NCBI GenBank assembly: GCA_045577775.1 | Contig: JAZNIZ010000025.1 | Location: 28,353-92,352 of the forward strand | Direction: 5' to 3' | Length of the DNA: 64,000 nucleotides | Origin: Akkermansia sp. | GTDB lineage: Bacteria; Verrucomicrobiota; Verrucomicrobiia; Verrucomicrobiales; Akkermansiaceae | Shown here: piece by piece, positions 37,605 to 46,709 of the stretch | Layout: the number at the start of each line of letters is the position of its first letter | Position numbering within the stretch: position 1 is the stretch's first letter | Translations under genes and position numbers: made by a program | The notes under the pieces: generated by a model | Told to the model about the DNA's origin: nothing | Seen by the model: only the letters and a program-made list of their open reading frames with translations | Database searches by the model: none

Positions 37605-39080
37605 ATGATTTCTGCATTCGCTAACACCATGAAGGTGCCGGAGCTCCGGAGCCGAATCCTCTTCACCCTGGCCATGATTGTCATCGTGCGCCTTGGTGTT
37701 CACCTGCCCCTGCCGGGAGTAGACGTGGCTGAACTTGCCCGTTGCGTGGCAGAAGCCTCTAAGGACAGCGACAGCCCCCTGGGTGCTCTGGGTTCCATTC
37801 TCACCATTTTCTCTGGTGGTGGTCTGCAGCAGTGTGGTATTTTTGCACTGGGTATCATGCCCTACATTTCCGCCTCCATTATGACCCAGCTCATGGGTGC
37901 GGTGCTGCCCTCCTGGCAGAAGATGATGCGCGAGGAAGGCGGTCGCCAGAAGATGACCAAGTACACGCGTATTCTGGCCATCATCATTGCCATCATCCAG
38001 GGTTACTTCCTGACCCAGACCCTGCGCAATCCCTCCAGCATCGGTCTGCCGGCCAATGACCTGGTGATGAACCCGGGCATTATCTTCACGCTCACCACCA
38101 TCTTCATCATCGTGACCGGTACCATGTTCCTCATGTGGATTGGTGATCAGATTACCGAGCGCGGCGTGGGTAATGGTATCTCACTTATCATTTCCGTTAA
38201 CATCATTCACGCTCTGCCTGGTGCGTTCGCCGTAGCCTGGAAGACCTGCGTGATGAAGGGCACCGAGGTGAATCCGCTGGGTTCCCTGTTCATGGTGGCT
38301 CTCATCCTCTTCATGGTGCTTGTGGTGGCCCTTGTGGTTATAGTCAGCCAGGCTCAGCGCCGCATACCGGTGCAGTATGCCAAGCGCGTGGTGGGGCACG
38401 GCAAGATGATGCAGGGTGGCACTCAGTATCTGCCGCTCAAGCTTAACTACTCCGGCGTGATGCCCGTTATCTTTGCCACGGCAATTCTGGCTCTGCCGCA
38501 GATGCTTGTGCAGCAGATGTTCTCTCAGGACAGCTGGGTTGTTGGTCTGGTGGCCAACTGGCTTTCCCCGAACGATTTCCCCTACTACATCATCTCCGCC
38601 ATCATGATTTACTTCTTCTCGTACTTCTGGGTGGCTACGATGTTCCAGCCGCAGCAGATTTCTGAAGACCTGAAGCGCAGCGGTGGCTATATTCCCGGCG
38701 TGCGTCCCGGTCCTCCCACGGCTCAGTATCTGGACACCACCATGTCCCGCCTGACCTTTGCCGGTTCGCTGTTCCTGACTCTCATCTACTTCCTGCCGAG
38801 CCTGCTTTCCGTGTGGGGTAGTCTCCCCATGCTGGTGACCCAGTTCTTCGGTGGTACCTCTCTGCTCATTCTTGTGGGCGTGCTGCTGGACATGATGCGC
38901 CAGATTGAGGCTACCCTCCTGCAGAAGAACTATGATGGCTTCATGAAGCGCGGCAAAATCCGTGGCAAGTACAGCCACCTGCAGGGTACTGGACAGGCAG
39001 CCGAAGGTCGCGGTCTCGTTATCCTTTGGGTGATTATCGCCATCCTGGTGCTCGGCGGCGCTATCGTGCTTGCCAGCTGA
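37605..39080 (+). CDS. secY: Preprotein translocase subunit SecY
   Basis: IFALGIMPYISASI, WIGDQITERGVGNGISL, SGVMPVIFA, GGYIPGVRPG and GGTSLLI. Confidence 0.98.
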   Translation: MISAFANTMKVPELRSRILFTLAMIVIVRLGVHLPLPGVDVAELARCVAEASKDSDSPLGALGSILTIFSGGGLQQCGIFALGIMPYISASIMTQLMGAVLPSWQKMMREEGGRQKMTKYTRILAIIIAIIQGYFLTQTLRNPSSIGLPANDLVMNPGIIFTLTTIFIIVTGTMFLMWIGDQITERGVGNGISLIISVNIIHALPGAFAVAWKTCVMKGTEVNPLGSLFMVALILFMVLVVALVVIVSQAQRRIPVQYAKRVVGHGKMMQGGTQYLPLKLNYSGVMPVIFATAILALPQMLVQQMFSQDSWVVGLVANWLSPNDFPYYIISAIMIYFFSYFWVATMFQPQQISEDLKRSGGYIPGVRPGPPTAQYLDTTMSRLTFAGSLFLTLIYFLPSLLSVWGSLPMLVTQFFGGTSLLILVGVLLDMMRQIEATLLQKNYDGFMKRGKIRGKYSHLQGTGQAAEGRGLVILWVIIAILVLGGAIVLAS

Positions 39081-39141
39081 TAGAAAGCACCCTTTCCATT
39101 TCACCGGGCGTGGTTCCACACGGAATCGCGCCCGTTTTGCA

Positions 39142-39169
39142 TTGACAAATGCTGCATATCCAGTAGAAT
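39142..39169 (+). promoter_or_regulatory. Promoter of purN
   Basis: TTGACA-16 nt-TAGAAT. The ORF-track start (39168) lies inside the -10 box, so ATG 39180 is preferred. Confidence 0.7.
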
Positions 39170-39179
39170 GGGCGGCGTT

Positions 39180-39758
39180 ATGAGTCTCCGTCTTGCAGTA
39201 CTGGGTTCCGGGTCTGGTTCCAATTGCCAGTCCATATTCAATGCCATTGCCGATGGTCGCCTCGATGCCGAGGTTGTCATCGTGCTTTCTGACCATGAGG
39301 ACGCCTACATCCTGGAACGCGCCCGCCAGCACGGTGTGCGGGCGGAATATATGGATTGCGGTGGCTTTAAGAACAAGTTCCCGCTGGAGGTGCAGGCGGC
39401 TCTGGCAAAGAAGCTTCAGGAACTCCATATCGACCTTATCTGCCTGGCTGGCTTCATGCGTCTGGTGAAGGCTCCGCTGCTGGAGGCCTTTCCCCGCCGC
39501 ATTTTGAATATTCACCCCGCGCTGCTGCCTGCATTCCCGGGGGTGGAGGCCTGGACCCAGGCGCTCAACGCCGGCGCGAAACAGGCCGGCTGCACCGTGC
39601 ATTATGTGGATGCCGGCATGGATACCGGCGAAATCCTTATGCAGGCCTACGTGCCCGTGCTGCCGGATGATACGCCGCAGACACTGCACGCCCGCATTCA
39701 GGTGCAGGAGCATATACTTTATCCTGCTGCTATATTGTCGGCTATTTCTCGCCTTTGA
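39180..39758 (+). CDS. purN: Phosphoribosylglycinamide formyltransferase
   Basis: GSGSGSN, LAGFMRL, NIHPALLP.F.G, GCTVH.VD..MDTG.I. Confidence 0.96.
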   Translation: MSLRLAVLGSGSGSNCQSIFNAIADGRLDAEVVIVLSDHEDAYILERARQHGVRAEYMDCGGFKNKFPLEVQAALAKKLQELHIDLICLAGFMRLVKAPLLEAFPRRILNIHPALLPAFPGVEAWTQALNAGAKQAGCTVHYVDAGMDTGEILMQAYVPVLPDDTPQTLHARIQVQEHILYPAAILSAISRL

Positions 39759-39766
39759 TTATACAT

Positions 39767-39792
39767 AAAAGGCCGCCATCAGGCGGCCTTTT
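39767..39792. terminator. Bidirectional terminator between purN and the nuclease gene
   Basis: AAAAGGCCGCC / GGCGGCCTTTT. Confidence 0.8.
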
Positions 39793-39798
39793 GCGTTA

Positions 39799-40704
39799 TC
39801 AACGGTTTGCTTTGCGAAAATCGTACGGATTCACCGGTTTCTTGTCTTTCCAAAGCCCCTTGCGGCTGAGCTGGGCGGCGCGCTGGGCGGCTTCCAGGTT
39901 CTTTTCATCGGGGGCAAAGTAGGCGTAGTGCCAGGCCAGGCCTTCAATGACCATCTGCATGTTGATGTTGCGGGAATCGGCGTAAACTACCGCCACCGTG
40001 CGCTTGTAAGAGTCGGTATCCTTTTGCAGAAGCCGCAGCGTTTTGCCCTCGCAAAGTTCCTTGAGGCGGGCGCGGGCTTCATCGGCATAGGGCTGGCCTT
40101 TTTCCGGGGCGTCGATACCCCAGAGACGCACCTTGGTGCCATCGCTGGTCACGAAGGTATCGCCATCCAGCACGCGCTGGCACTCCACCTGCAGCTCGGC
40201 GGCCTGGGTGGTTGTGGCAGGTTGCTGCTGCGGCGGCGTCTGTTTCGTTTCAGCCGTGGTTTTTTTCTTGCGGAACAGGCTGGGTTTTACCGGGTTTTCG
40301 TCTTTCCAGAGACCTTTTCCGGTCTTTTGGGCCTTTTCCATGGCTGCGGCCAGGCGGGAGGCATCGGGCGCGTTGACATCATCGTGCCAGGCGAAGCCAC
40401 CGCGCACCATGAACAGGGCAACGTCTGTCTTGCCAGCGCGCACTTCGGCCACGGTGCGGCCATGCTGGTCCGTTTCCTTTACCTTGAGGGTGAGTATTTT
40501 CCCTTTGAGTGTCTTTTCGAGCGCTCCAGAGGCATGGGAGGCGTAATCCTGGCCTTTTTCCGGGGCATCGATACCCCATATCTGCACCTTGGTGCCATCG
40601 TTCAGGATGAAGGTATCGCCATCCACCACTCGTTTGCAGGTGCTGGTGAGGGAAGCTGCCAGCAGCGGGCAGCACAGAAGTATATAGAGCAGTATTTTTT
40701 TCAT
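39799..40704 (-). CDS. Secreted thermonuclease-family protein with two SNase domains
   Basis: Start at ATG 40704 (MKKILLYILLCC signal peptide); two copies of DGDT...GIDAPE...RT.A...G.AW...A....KGLW. Confidence 0.9.
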   Translation of the reverse strand: MKKILLYILLCCPLLAASLTSTCKRVVDGDTFILNDGTKVQIWGIDAPEKGQDYASHASGALEKTLKGKILTLKVKETDQHGRTVAEVRAGKTDVALFMVRGGFAWHDDVNAPDASRLAAAMEKAQKTGKGLWKDENPVKPSLFRKKKTTAETKQTPPQQQPATTTQAAELQVECQRVLDGDTFVTSDGTKVRLWGIDAPEKGQPYADEARARLKELCEGKTLRLLQKDTDSYKRTVAVVYADSRNINMQMVIEGLAWHYAYFAPDEKNLEAAQRAAQLSRKGLWKDKKPVNPYDFRKANR

Positions 40705-41753
40705 GATGGGTTGTGTGTGAATGTTTTCAATGCCCTGCGGGCGCGGAGCCAGTCTCGCACCTGCCACGCACATACCGGGGCAAGCAAGGACAGGATGAAG
40801 GCCCAGATGCACTGGTGGTATTGCTCCCAGGGGAGGGTGAGCTGAGCCGCTTCCGGGTGAGGGGCCGGGTAGACCAGGGGCAGGGTGGCACCCGGGCTGA
40901 AGTAGCGGGCATCCTCGCCATTGCGGCAGCGCAGGGTGATGTGATGGGGGGCCGTATCGTGGAAGATTACAGAGACATAGATGGCATGCCCCCATTTCCA
41001 GCCCCTGCAGCCGGTTTTTCCGCCCAATCTGGAATCGAGCACGATGGCGGTGGTGTGGATGCCGGTTATGTTGAGGTGGTGGACTTTAACGATTTCCGCC
41101 ACCCCCGTGCTAAGGAAGAACAGCCCGGCAAGAATCCCGCAGATGAAGAGAACAAGATTCCCTTTCCGGCTCAGTTCCCTGTAGCGTTCTTCCTGGGTTT
41201 TCCGGTCGAGTTCGGTAGCCTCGCGTCGTGGTGCGCTTGCCTGGGCGTGCGTGACCAGCAGTTCCAGCAGGGTAGCGGCATCGGGCGTATCGATGAAGCC
41301 CTGGCCTGTGATTCGCGGTATTTGCCGCCAGAGGGAATTTCCGGCTTCGATGCTGAAGAAAACGGAAGTGCAGTTGTTGCCGCGGGGGGCCACCTTGGCC
41401 AGCATGTCTGCCGTCAGTGGGTATTCCTCTACCAGCTGCGCTCCCCGGCTGACGATGGCGCGGCGGCTGGTGAGGGTGTAGTGCGTCTGGCTGGTGGTAA
41501 AGAGGTACCAGAGCAGGCGCACTAGCTGGCAGATGGGAATGGCCAGGAGAATCCCCGCCAGCACTTTTGCCGAGGTTCCGTCCATGCAGCCATAGCTGTG
41601 CCTGCCCACATAGGCCATGAGCCAGATAAAGCAGACTGTCACCAGCAGGTGCCAGAGCTGCGCTTTGAGGCGCAGAAGGCGAGGGCGGGCGTGCCAGAGC
41701 ACACGCTCGCCCTCCTCCAGCTGCCGGAGCAGCTCTGCCGGGGGATTAGTCAT
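40701..41753 (-). CDS. Membrane protein: N-terminal module homologous to the 59758-62986 array, plus a C-terminal DUF3592-like module
   Basis: LEEGERVLWHARP...YTLTSRRA...GFIDTPD, then TM, beta domain, TM. Confidence 0.7.
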   Translation of the reverse strand: MTNPPAELLRQLEEGERVLWHARPRLLRLKAQLWHLLVTVCFIWLMAYVGRHSYGCMDGTSAKVLAGILLAIPICQLVRLLWYLFTTSQTHYTLTSRRAIVSRGAQLVEEYPLTADMLAKVAPRGNNCTSVFFSIEAGNSLWRQIPRITGQGFIDTPDAATLLELLVTHAQASAPRREATELDRKTQEERYRELSRKGNLVLFICGILAGLFFLSTGVAEIVKVHHLNITGIHTTAIVLDSRLGGKTGCRGWKWGHAIYVSVIFHDTAPHHITLRCRNGEDARYFSPGATLPLVYPAPHPEAAQLTLPWEQYHQCIWAFILSLLAPVCAWQVRDWLRARRALKTFTHNPS

Positions 41754-43161
41754 TGCGCACGCGGGAGCGGGGCGAAAGGACGATGGGCACGCCCGCTGCC
41801 TTGATGCGAGAGCGGATGGTGTTGCGCAGGTACTGGGCGTAGCTGTCGGCCAGCAGGCGCTTGTCGTTCACGAAGAGCACGTAGGTGGGCACCGGAATGG
41901 TGGTGTACTTCTCGTTCACGGCGGTGGTGGCGTAGAAGAGCTTGAGGCGCTTCTTGAGCACGCGGTGCTGGCCGGGCGGGTTCATTTCCATGGCGCGCTG
42001 GAGCAGGCGGTTCAGCTCGCCTGTGCCGGGCATGTTGAGGGCCTCCTGCTGCACGCGGGCAATGCTCTTGAAGATGGAGTCGATACCCCAGGAATCCTTG
42101 GCAGAAACGATGGCCACGGGGGCGTAGTCCAGGAAGAAGAGGTTTTCTTTGATGTGTTCCTTCACGGCATCCTTGCGGGCGCTCATGGGGGCGTCTGGGC
42201 AGTAGAGGTCAAACTTGTTGACGATGATGATGCAGGGCTTTTTCTCCTCCGCAATGATGGAGCCGATGCGGCGGTCCTGCTGGGTGACCCCGGCGGCCAT
42301 ATCGATGACCAGCAGGCAGATATCTGCACGGCGGATGGCGCGCTCGCTGCGCATGGCTGAGAATACCTCCACCGAGGTATCGCGCTTGCTGCGGGGGCGC
42401 ATGCCGGCGGTGTCGATGAGCACGTAACCCTGCTCCCCGCGGGTGTAGGGTACATCAATGGCATCGCGTGTGGTGCCGGCTACGTTGGAAACAATGGTGC
42501 GCTTATCTTGCAGAATGGCATTCACAAGGGAAGATTTGCCGGCATTCGGGCGGCCTACGATAGCCACCTTAATGGGGGAATCCTTGGTGACTTCCTCTTG
42601 CTCCGGTTCGTCCTCCGGGGTGGCATCGGCTGCGGCCTCGGCCTTCTTGGGCGTGGCGCCCAGGGATTTGAGCATGGCGTTGAGCTTATCCGCCAGGCGG
42701 GGGAACCCGCGACCGTGCTCGGCAGAGGTGAATACGTAATCCGCAAAGCCTAAATCCGCGAATTCGCCGAGGTTGAGCTCCTGCTTTTCGGTGTCTGCCT
42801 TGTTGAGTACCAGCAGCACGGGCACCTTGCTTTTGTGCAGGTGGGCTGCGATGGTACGGTCAATGGGGGTGAGGTGGTCGCGGCAGTCGCACACAAACAT
42901 GATATAGTCTGCGGCGTTCATGGCTATATCGGCCTCCTGGGTCACCTGCGCGGCAAAACCATCATCCAGCGTGCTGCCAATACCGCCAGTGTCTACCACC
43001 AGGGCATCGAAATCGGTGATGCGCACAGGGGCGCAGAGGCGGTCGCGGGTGACGCCGGGCTGGTCATGCACAATGGCGATGCGGCGACCTACCATGCGGT
43101 TGAAGATGGCAGATTTGCCTACATTCGGGCGGCCTACAATAGCAATAGTCGGTGTAGACAT
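41746..43161 (-). CDS. der: Ribosome biogenesis GTPase Der (EngA)
   Basis: Two G-domains: GRPNVGKS/DTGG/NKAD and GRPNAGKS/DTAG/NKFD. Confidence 0.97.
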   Translation of the reverse strand: MSTPTIAIVGRPNVGKSAIFNRMVGRRIAIVHDQPGVTRDRLCAPVRITDFDALVVDTGGIGSTLDDGFAAQVTQEADIAMNAADYIMFVCDCRDHLTPIDRTIAAHLHKSKVPVLLVLNKADTEKQELNLGEFADLGFADYVFTSAEHGRGFPRLADKLNAMLKSLGATPKKAEAAADATPEDEPEQEEVTKDSPIKVAIVGRPNAGKSSLVNAILQDKRTIVSNVAGTTRDAIDVPYTRGEQGYVLIDTAGMRPRSKRDTSVEVFSAMRSERAIRRADICLLVIDMAAGVTQQDRRIGSIIAEEKKPCIIIVNKFDLYCPDAPMSARKDAVKEHIKENLFFLDYAPVAIVSAKDSWGIDSIFKSIARVQQEALNMPGTGELNRLLQRAMEMNPPGQHRVLKKRLKLFYATTAVNEKYTTIPVPTYVLFVNDKRLLADSYAQYLRNTIRSRIKAAGVPIVLSPRSRVRND

Positions 43162-43181
43162 AGGTCTGGGGATGAAGGGGG

Positions 43182-44024
43182 TTAGAAGGGACGGTCTGAA
43201 GCCTTGCGAACATTTTCCATACCGGGTGCCGGGGGAATGTAGGGCGTGACGCCAATGGGGAAAATGCCTTTTCCTGTGCCAATCAGGTCTATGGTGTCGC
43301 CGGTGCGCTTGTAGAGCTTGATCGCAGAGCGCTTACCGTGGGTGTTCATGACGGTGTAGGTGTAGAAATCCGGGGAGGATTGGCAAAGCACATGCATGTT
43401 GTAGGCGTTATCCAGCAGTACGCTGGGTTTCATGAAGTTCATGTATTCCGAAAGAACGCACGAGCCGATGACCTGGTTGGTATCAATGTTGGTAGCCTGG
43501 CCGAACAAGCAGGTCCGGCCGTTGATGTCTGCCATTCGCAGGCTCAGATTGATACGCTGACCGCGTGCTTGTATGTTGAAATCGCGGAGCTTGCCGCCTG
43601 TTTTCAGGGTGAACATGGCACGGTTGGAACCGTATGTGTTGGTTCCGTTGGGCATGCGTATCGTGGCAATGGCCGTGTAGTTGCCGGCAATATTGAGACG
43701 GTACATGGAGTTAATACCGAACTCAAATGTGCGGGTTGATGACGCCGTGAGTGATATTTCCGGGAAGCGTACAATGGCAATCGGGGAAAGGGGACCTTGG
43801 TTGCCGCGCCGCGTGAGGTTTATATTGAGCCATGGCCGCCCTGGTGTGTTGCGGAGGTGTACCGTGGAATCTGTCTGGTTGGTAATGGTGATGCGCAGCC
43901 CGATGTTTTCGCCGACCAGAAAATCCTTGCGTATGGGTTGGAGGCGGACTTCAATCTGTGCATGTGCCTGAGTAGTCAGTAACAGGCAGAACAGGGCAAT
44001 GAGGAGTCTGTATATGGTCTTCAT
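43182..44024 (-). CDS. Secreted hypothetical protein (beta-rich)
   Basis: Signal peptide ending AHA; 280-aa ORF in an operon-like arrangement. Confidence 0.7.
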   Translation of the reverse strand: MKTIYRLLIALFCLLLTTQAHAQIEVRLQPIRKDFLVGENIGLRITITNQTDSTVHLRNTPGRPWLNINLTRRGNQGPLSPIAIVRFPEISLTASSTRTFEFGINSMYRLNIAGNYTAIATIRMPNGTNTYGSNRAMFTLKTGGKLRDFNIQARGQRINLSLRMADINGRTCLFGQATNIDTNQVIGSCVLSEYMNFMKPSVLLDNAYNMHVLCQSSPDFYTYTVMNTHGKRSAIKLYKRTGDTIDLIGTGKGIFPIGVTPYIPPAPGMENVRKASDRPF

Positions 44025-44046
44025 GATGAGGTGGAATAAAATGGGG

Positions 44047-45405
44047 TTAATCTTTAGCGCTTTCCGGCAGGCAGATGCGGAAGCCGCACTTGCTGCTGGT
44101 GTAGTTCGGGTCGTTTGTCGGTATGGGGTTGCCTTTTTCGTTGACGATGAGGTGGCTGTTTTTTTCGTACACCGAGGGAAGCGGGTCTGCTTCCATGGTG
44201 CGTGTCCATTCTTCGCTCAGTAGCTCAGCCTTGGCTGATTTGATGGCCTGCAACTGGTGAACCGAGGGCAGATTGCCACCGGCATAATGGGCATAGAGCA
44301 TGGCTTGCCAGAGGGTCACATCGGTCACGGGAGAATTTGGCCCCTTGGATTGCTGCTGGGTTTTCCAGAATTGGGGCTGGATGTCTCCTACCTCTCCGGG
44401 TACGGCGTCGAGCAGTTCATCACGCCTTGCCTGGGACATTCTCTTGAACGCCTGAATAAAGGCCTTATATTCCTCTATGGAAACGGGTTGTCGTAATACG
44501 ATTTCCTTTTCTCCATCCTGGTGGCAGAGGAAGGCTTCTTTGTCGCCAGCGGAGGTGTGAATTGGGTTTGCCATACCAAAGAATGTACCCATGAGAGAGA
44601 GTACGATAACGATGGAAGCATAGGCAATAATGTAGCCGAACCAGCGTTTTACGAGTTGTCGCAGCTTAATCAGGAATGGGTTGTGAGCAATTTTGTATGA
44701 AAGCGAGCTTTCGCGGGCAATGCGGGCGTCTTCTGCCAACTGCTGGAGGATGGTGGAGGCTGTGTCTCCTATGGCATTCCATGGGAGGAATTGCCCCTCG
44801 TACCCTTCGCTGAGCCATTGGAGAAGTGTGGTGACGCGGCCCAGCCCGGCGGTTTTCTGCTGCGGGCAAACGGCCCAGAGTGTGCCCGCCAGTGTCTGCA
44901 TCTGGCATGCTGGGCTGTAGGTTTCGCCCTCTACGAGGGGGGAAAGGAAATGCACCTCGCCGCCTTCCTCAATGAAAATGGAGGAAGCTGCCAGGGGCAT
45001 GGCTTCCAGTTCCACCTGGCCGCAGAGATCATACATTTCAGCGGCAGCGCGAATGATGCAGCAGATCAGCGAAACGCTCAGCTGTTCACCATTTGCCGCA
45101 ATTTCTGCAAGAGAACGCCCCAGCGGCAATTCCTGTGTCAGAAACCAGAGGCCTTCAACCCGGAGCGATTCGTATACGTTGGCTACGTGTGGCAGCTCAG
45201 AGGAGGCAACCCGCAGACGCGCCTGTGCCAGAAAGGTCACCTCTTCTTCATGTGATACATCTGGGGCAAGCACCTCCAGCACCACGGCTCGATCCACGTG
45301 GGTCTGCTGCGCCTCATACAACGCTGTGTTGTGGCGTAGCTCAATGAGTCGCGTGAGCGTGTATACGCCCAGCTGGCGTGGGAGTTCGGGGAAAATCGGT
45401 GTCAT
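44047..45405 (-). CDS. Pseudokinase-TM-FGE/SUMF1-like domain protein
   Basis: Kinase-like N-lobe pattern lacking the Gly loop, VAIK, HRD and DFG motifs; TM; C-terminal PVSIEEY..F / PVTDVT..QA / LPS / EW / GFR of FGE-sulfatase domains. Confidence 0.7.
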   Translation of the reverse strand: MTPIFPELPRQLGVYTLTRLIELRHNTALYEAQQTHVDRAVVLEVLAPDVSHEEEVTFLAQARLRVASSELPHVANVYESLRVEGLWFLTQELPLGRSLAEIAANGEQLSVSLICCIIRAAAEMYDLCGQVELEAMPLAASSIFIEEGGEVHFLSPLVEGETYSPACQMQTLAGTLWAVCPQQKTAGLGRVTTLLQWLSEGYEGQFLPWNAIGDTASTILQQLAEDARIARESSLSYKIAHNPFLIKLRQLVKRWFGYIIAYASIVIVLSLMGTFFGMANPIHTSAGDKEAFLCHQDGEKEIVLRQPVSIEEYKAFIQAFKRMSQARRDELLDAVPGEVGDIQPQFWKTQQQSKGPNSPVTDVTLWQAMLYAHYAGGNLPSVHQLQAIKSAKAELLSEEWTRTMEADPLPSVYEKNSHLIVNEKGNPIPTNDPNYTSSKCGFRICLPESAKD

Positions 45406-46709
45406 TTCGGGAGCGGAAGTTCAGGGAGAAAATCGGAAACCGGCGTGGCATCCTCGTAGTCCGGGACGAGACCATCATCGGGCAAGAGAGAATTGGAGGG
45501 GACTGAATACTGGCGTTGGTTGCGTGTGTTCAGGCGTTGTTCATGAAGAATGAGCGCCGAGGGAGAACTGACGCAATCCAGGGGCTCCCCTTTGTAATAC
45601 AACTTGGCGGTGAACCCATAGTATTTGATATCGCCATAGGTGTTTTGCTCATCCTGGGTCAGCGGGGGCAGGGCATAGGTGACCTCCAGGTTTTCCTCCC
45701 ATGTCTGCCAGTCCGGCTTTTCGTTGTGCCATGACCAGTCTACCTTTCCCCGGCTGAAGGCGATACGGCGTCCGTTCACTAAGTCAAAGAACTGGACGTG
45801 AATGTACAGGTCATCAATTTTAACCTCTTCACCGGGTGCCAGCAGCACCGGCAATTTCATCTTTACCAGTTCTCCTGTATCGGGGGAATAGGAGTGGCTG
45901 AGCTGGTGAGGGCCGAATGAAAGTTTGCCCCGCAGCGCCGTGGCGGTATTGAAGCCGTAGGTGAGACGGTGCGCCGCTCGTTTGAAATAAATTCCGGCGC
46001 GGTCGCGCATCTGGAATACTTTAGTGAAGTATTCTCGTGCCTTTTTCGGGTTGAGCAGTTTGTCGTACGCCATGCCGTAATAGTACAGCATGGCTGGGTG
46101 TTCGGCAGAAATAAGGCTGGCTTCCTCCAGGCAGAGGACGCATTGGCGCATGTCTCCGGCGGTCATGGCGGTGACTCCTTGCCGAATCAATCTATCGAGT
46201 TCCTCACGATCAGTCTGGTTGAGCTTGCTGAGGGCTTCTTCCTCTGCCGGGGTGGTGGGGACGGGCTGTTCCTCGGTGGGCTCAGTCTCCAGAAAATCAA
46301 ATCCGCCTTCCTGAGCCAGAATGGTATCGACATCGCGCACGCGCAGGGGCGGCGGCTCATCCGCGTCGTCTGCCGCTGGTTTTCTGGCATTGGTATTACC
46401 GGGTGCTGCAATACCGGCAGACCCCTGGTTATCAAGCCCCATCTGAGCCAGCTCCCGGGCTTCAATAACAGCCAGCTGTGCGCGGGAAACCTCCAAGGAA
46501 TGCTCATAGGCCATATCGAGCCTGCGGGTAACACCAACTCCCAGCACAACGAGCTCCAGTGCGACGAGAGCTACCAGAAAGGCAACTACAACCCGCCGCG
46601 ACACCATGGCACGCAGCCACTTTCTGCCACAGCGGCGAAGGCGTGGCAGAAGGCGGGGGGCTGCAGCGCGGTTTGGCTTTTCAGCTTCCTGTGGTGTCTT
46701 TTTGCTCAT
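45402..46709 (-). CDS. Membrane-anchored TPR protein
   Basis: N-terminal TM; TPR-like helices (RQGVTAMTAGD...LYYYGMAYDKL...AREYFTKV); beta-rich C-terminus. Confidence 0.72.
   Translation of the reverse strand: MSKKTPQEAEKPNRAAAPRLLPRLRRCGRKWLRAMVSRRVVVAFLVALVALELVVLGVGVTRRLDMAYEHSLEVSRAQLAVIEARELAQMGLDNQGSAGIAAPGNTNARKPAADDADEPPPLRVRDVDTILAQEGGFDFLETEPTEEQPVPTTPAEEEALSKLNQTDREELDRLIRQGVTAMTAGDMRQCVLCLEEASLISAEHPAMLYYYGMAYDKLLNPKKAREYFTKVFQMRDRAGIYFKRAAHRLTYGFNTATALRGKLSFGPHQLSHSYSPDTGELVKMKLPVLLAPGEEVKIDDLYIHVQFFDLVNGRRIAFSRGKVDWSWHNEKPDWQTWEENLEVTYALPPLTQDEQNTYGDIKYYGFTAKLYYKGEPLDCVSSPSALILHEQRLNTRNQRQYSVPSNSLLPDDGLVPDYEDATPVSDFLPELPLPK

Noticed and set aside
40705-40995. N-terminal extension of the nuclease ORF (39799-40995)
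   Set aside because: It overlaps the upstream gene in another frame, and the signal peptide starts at ATG 40704.
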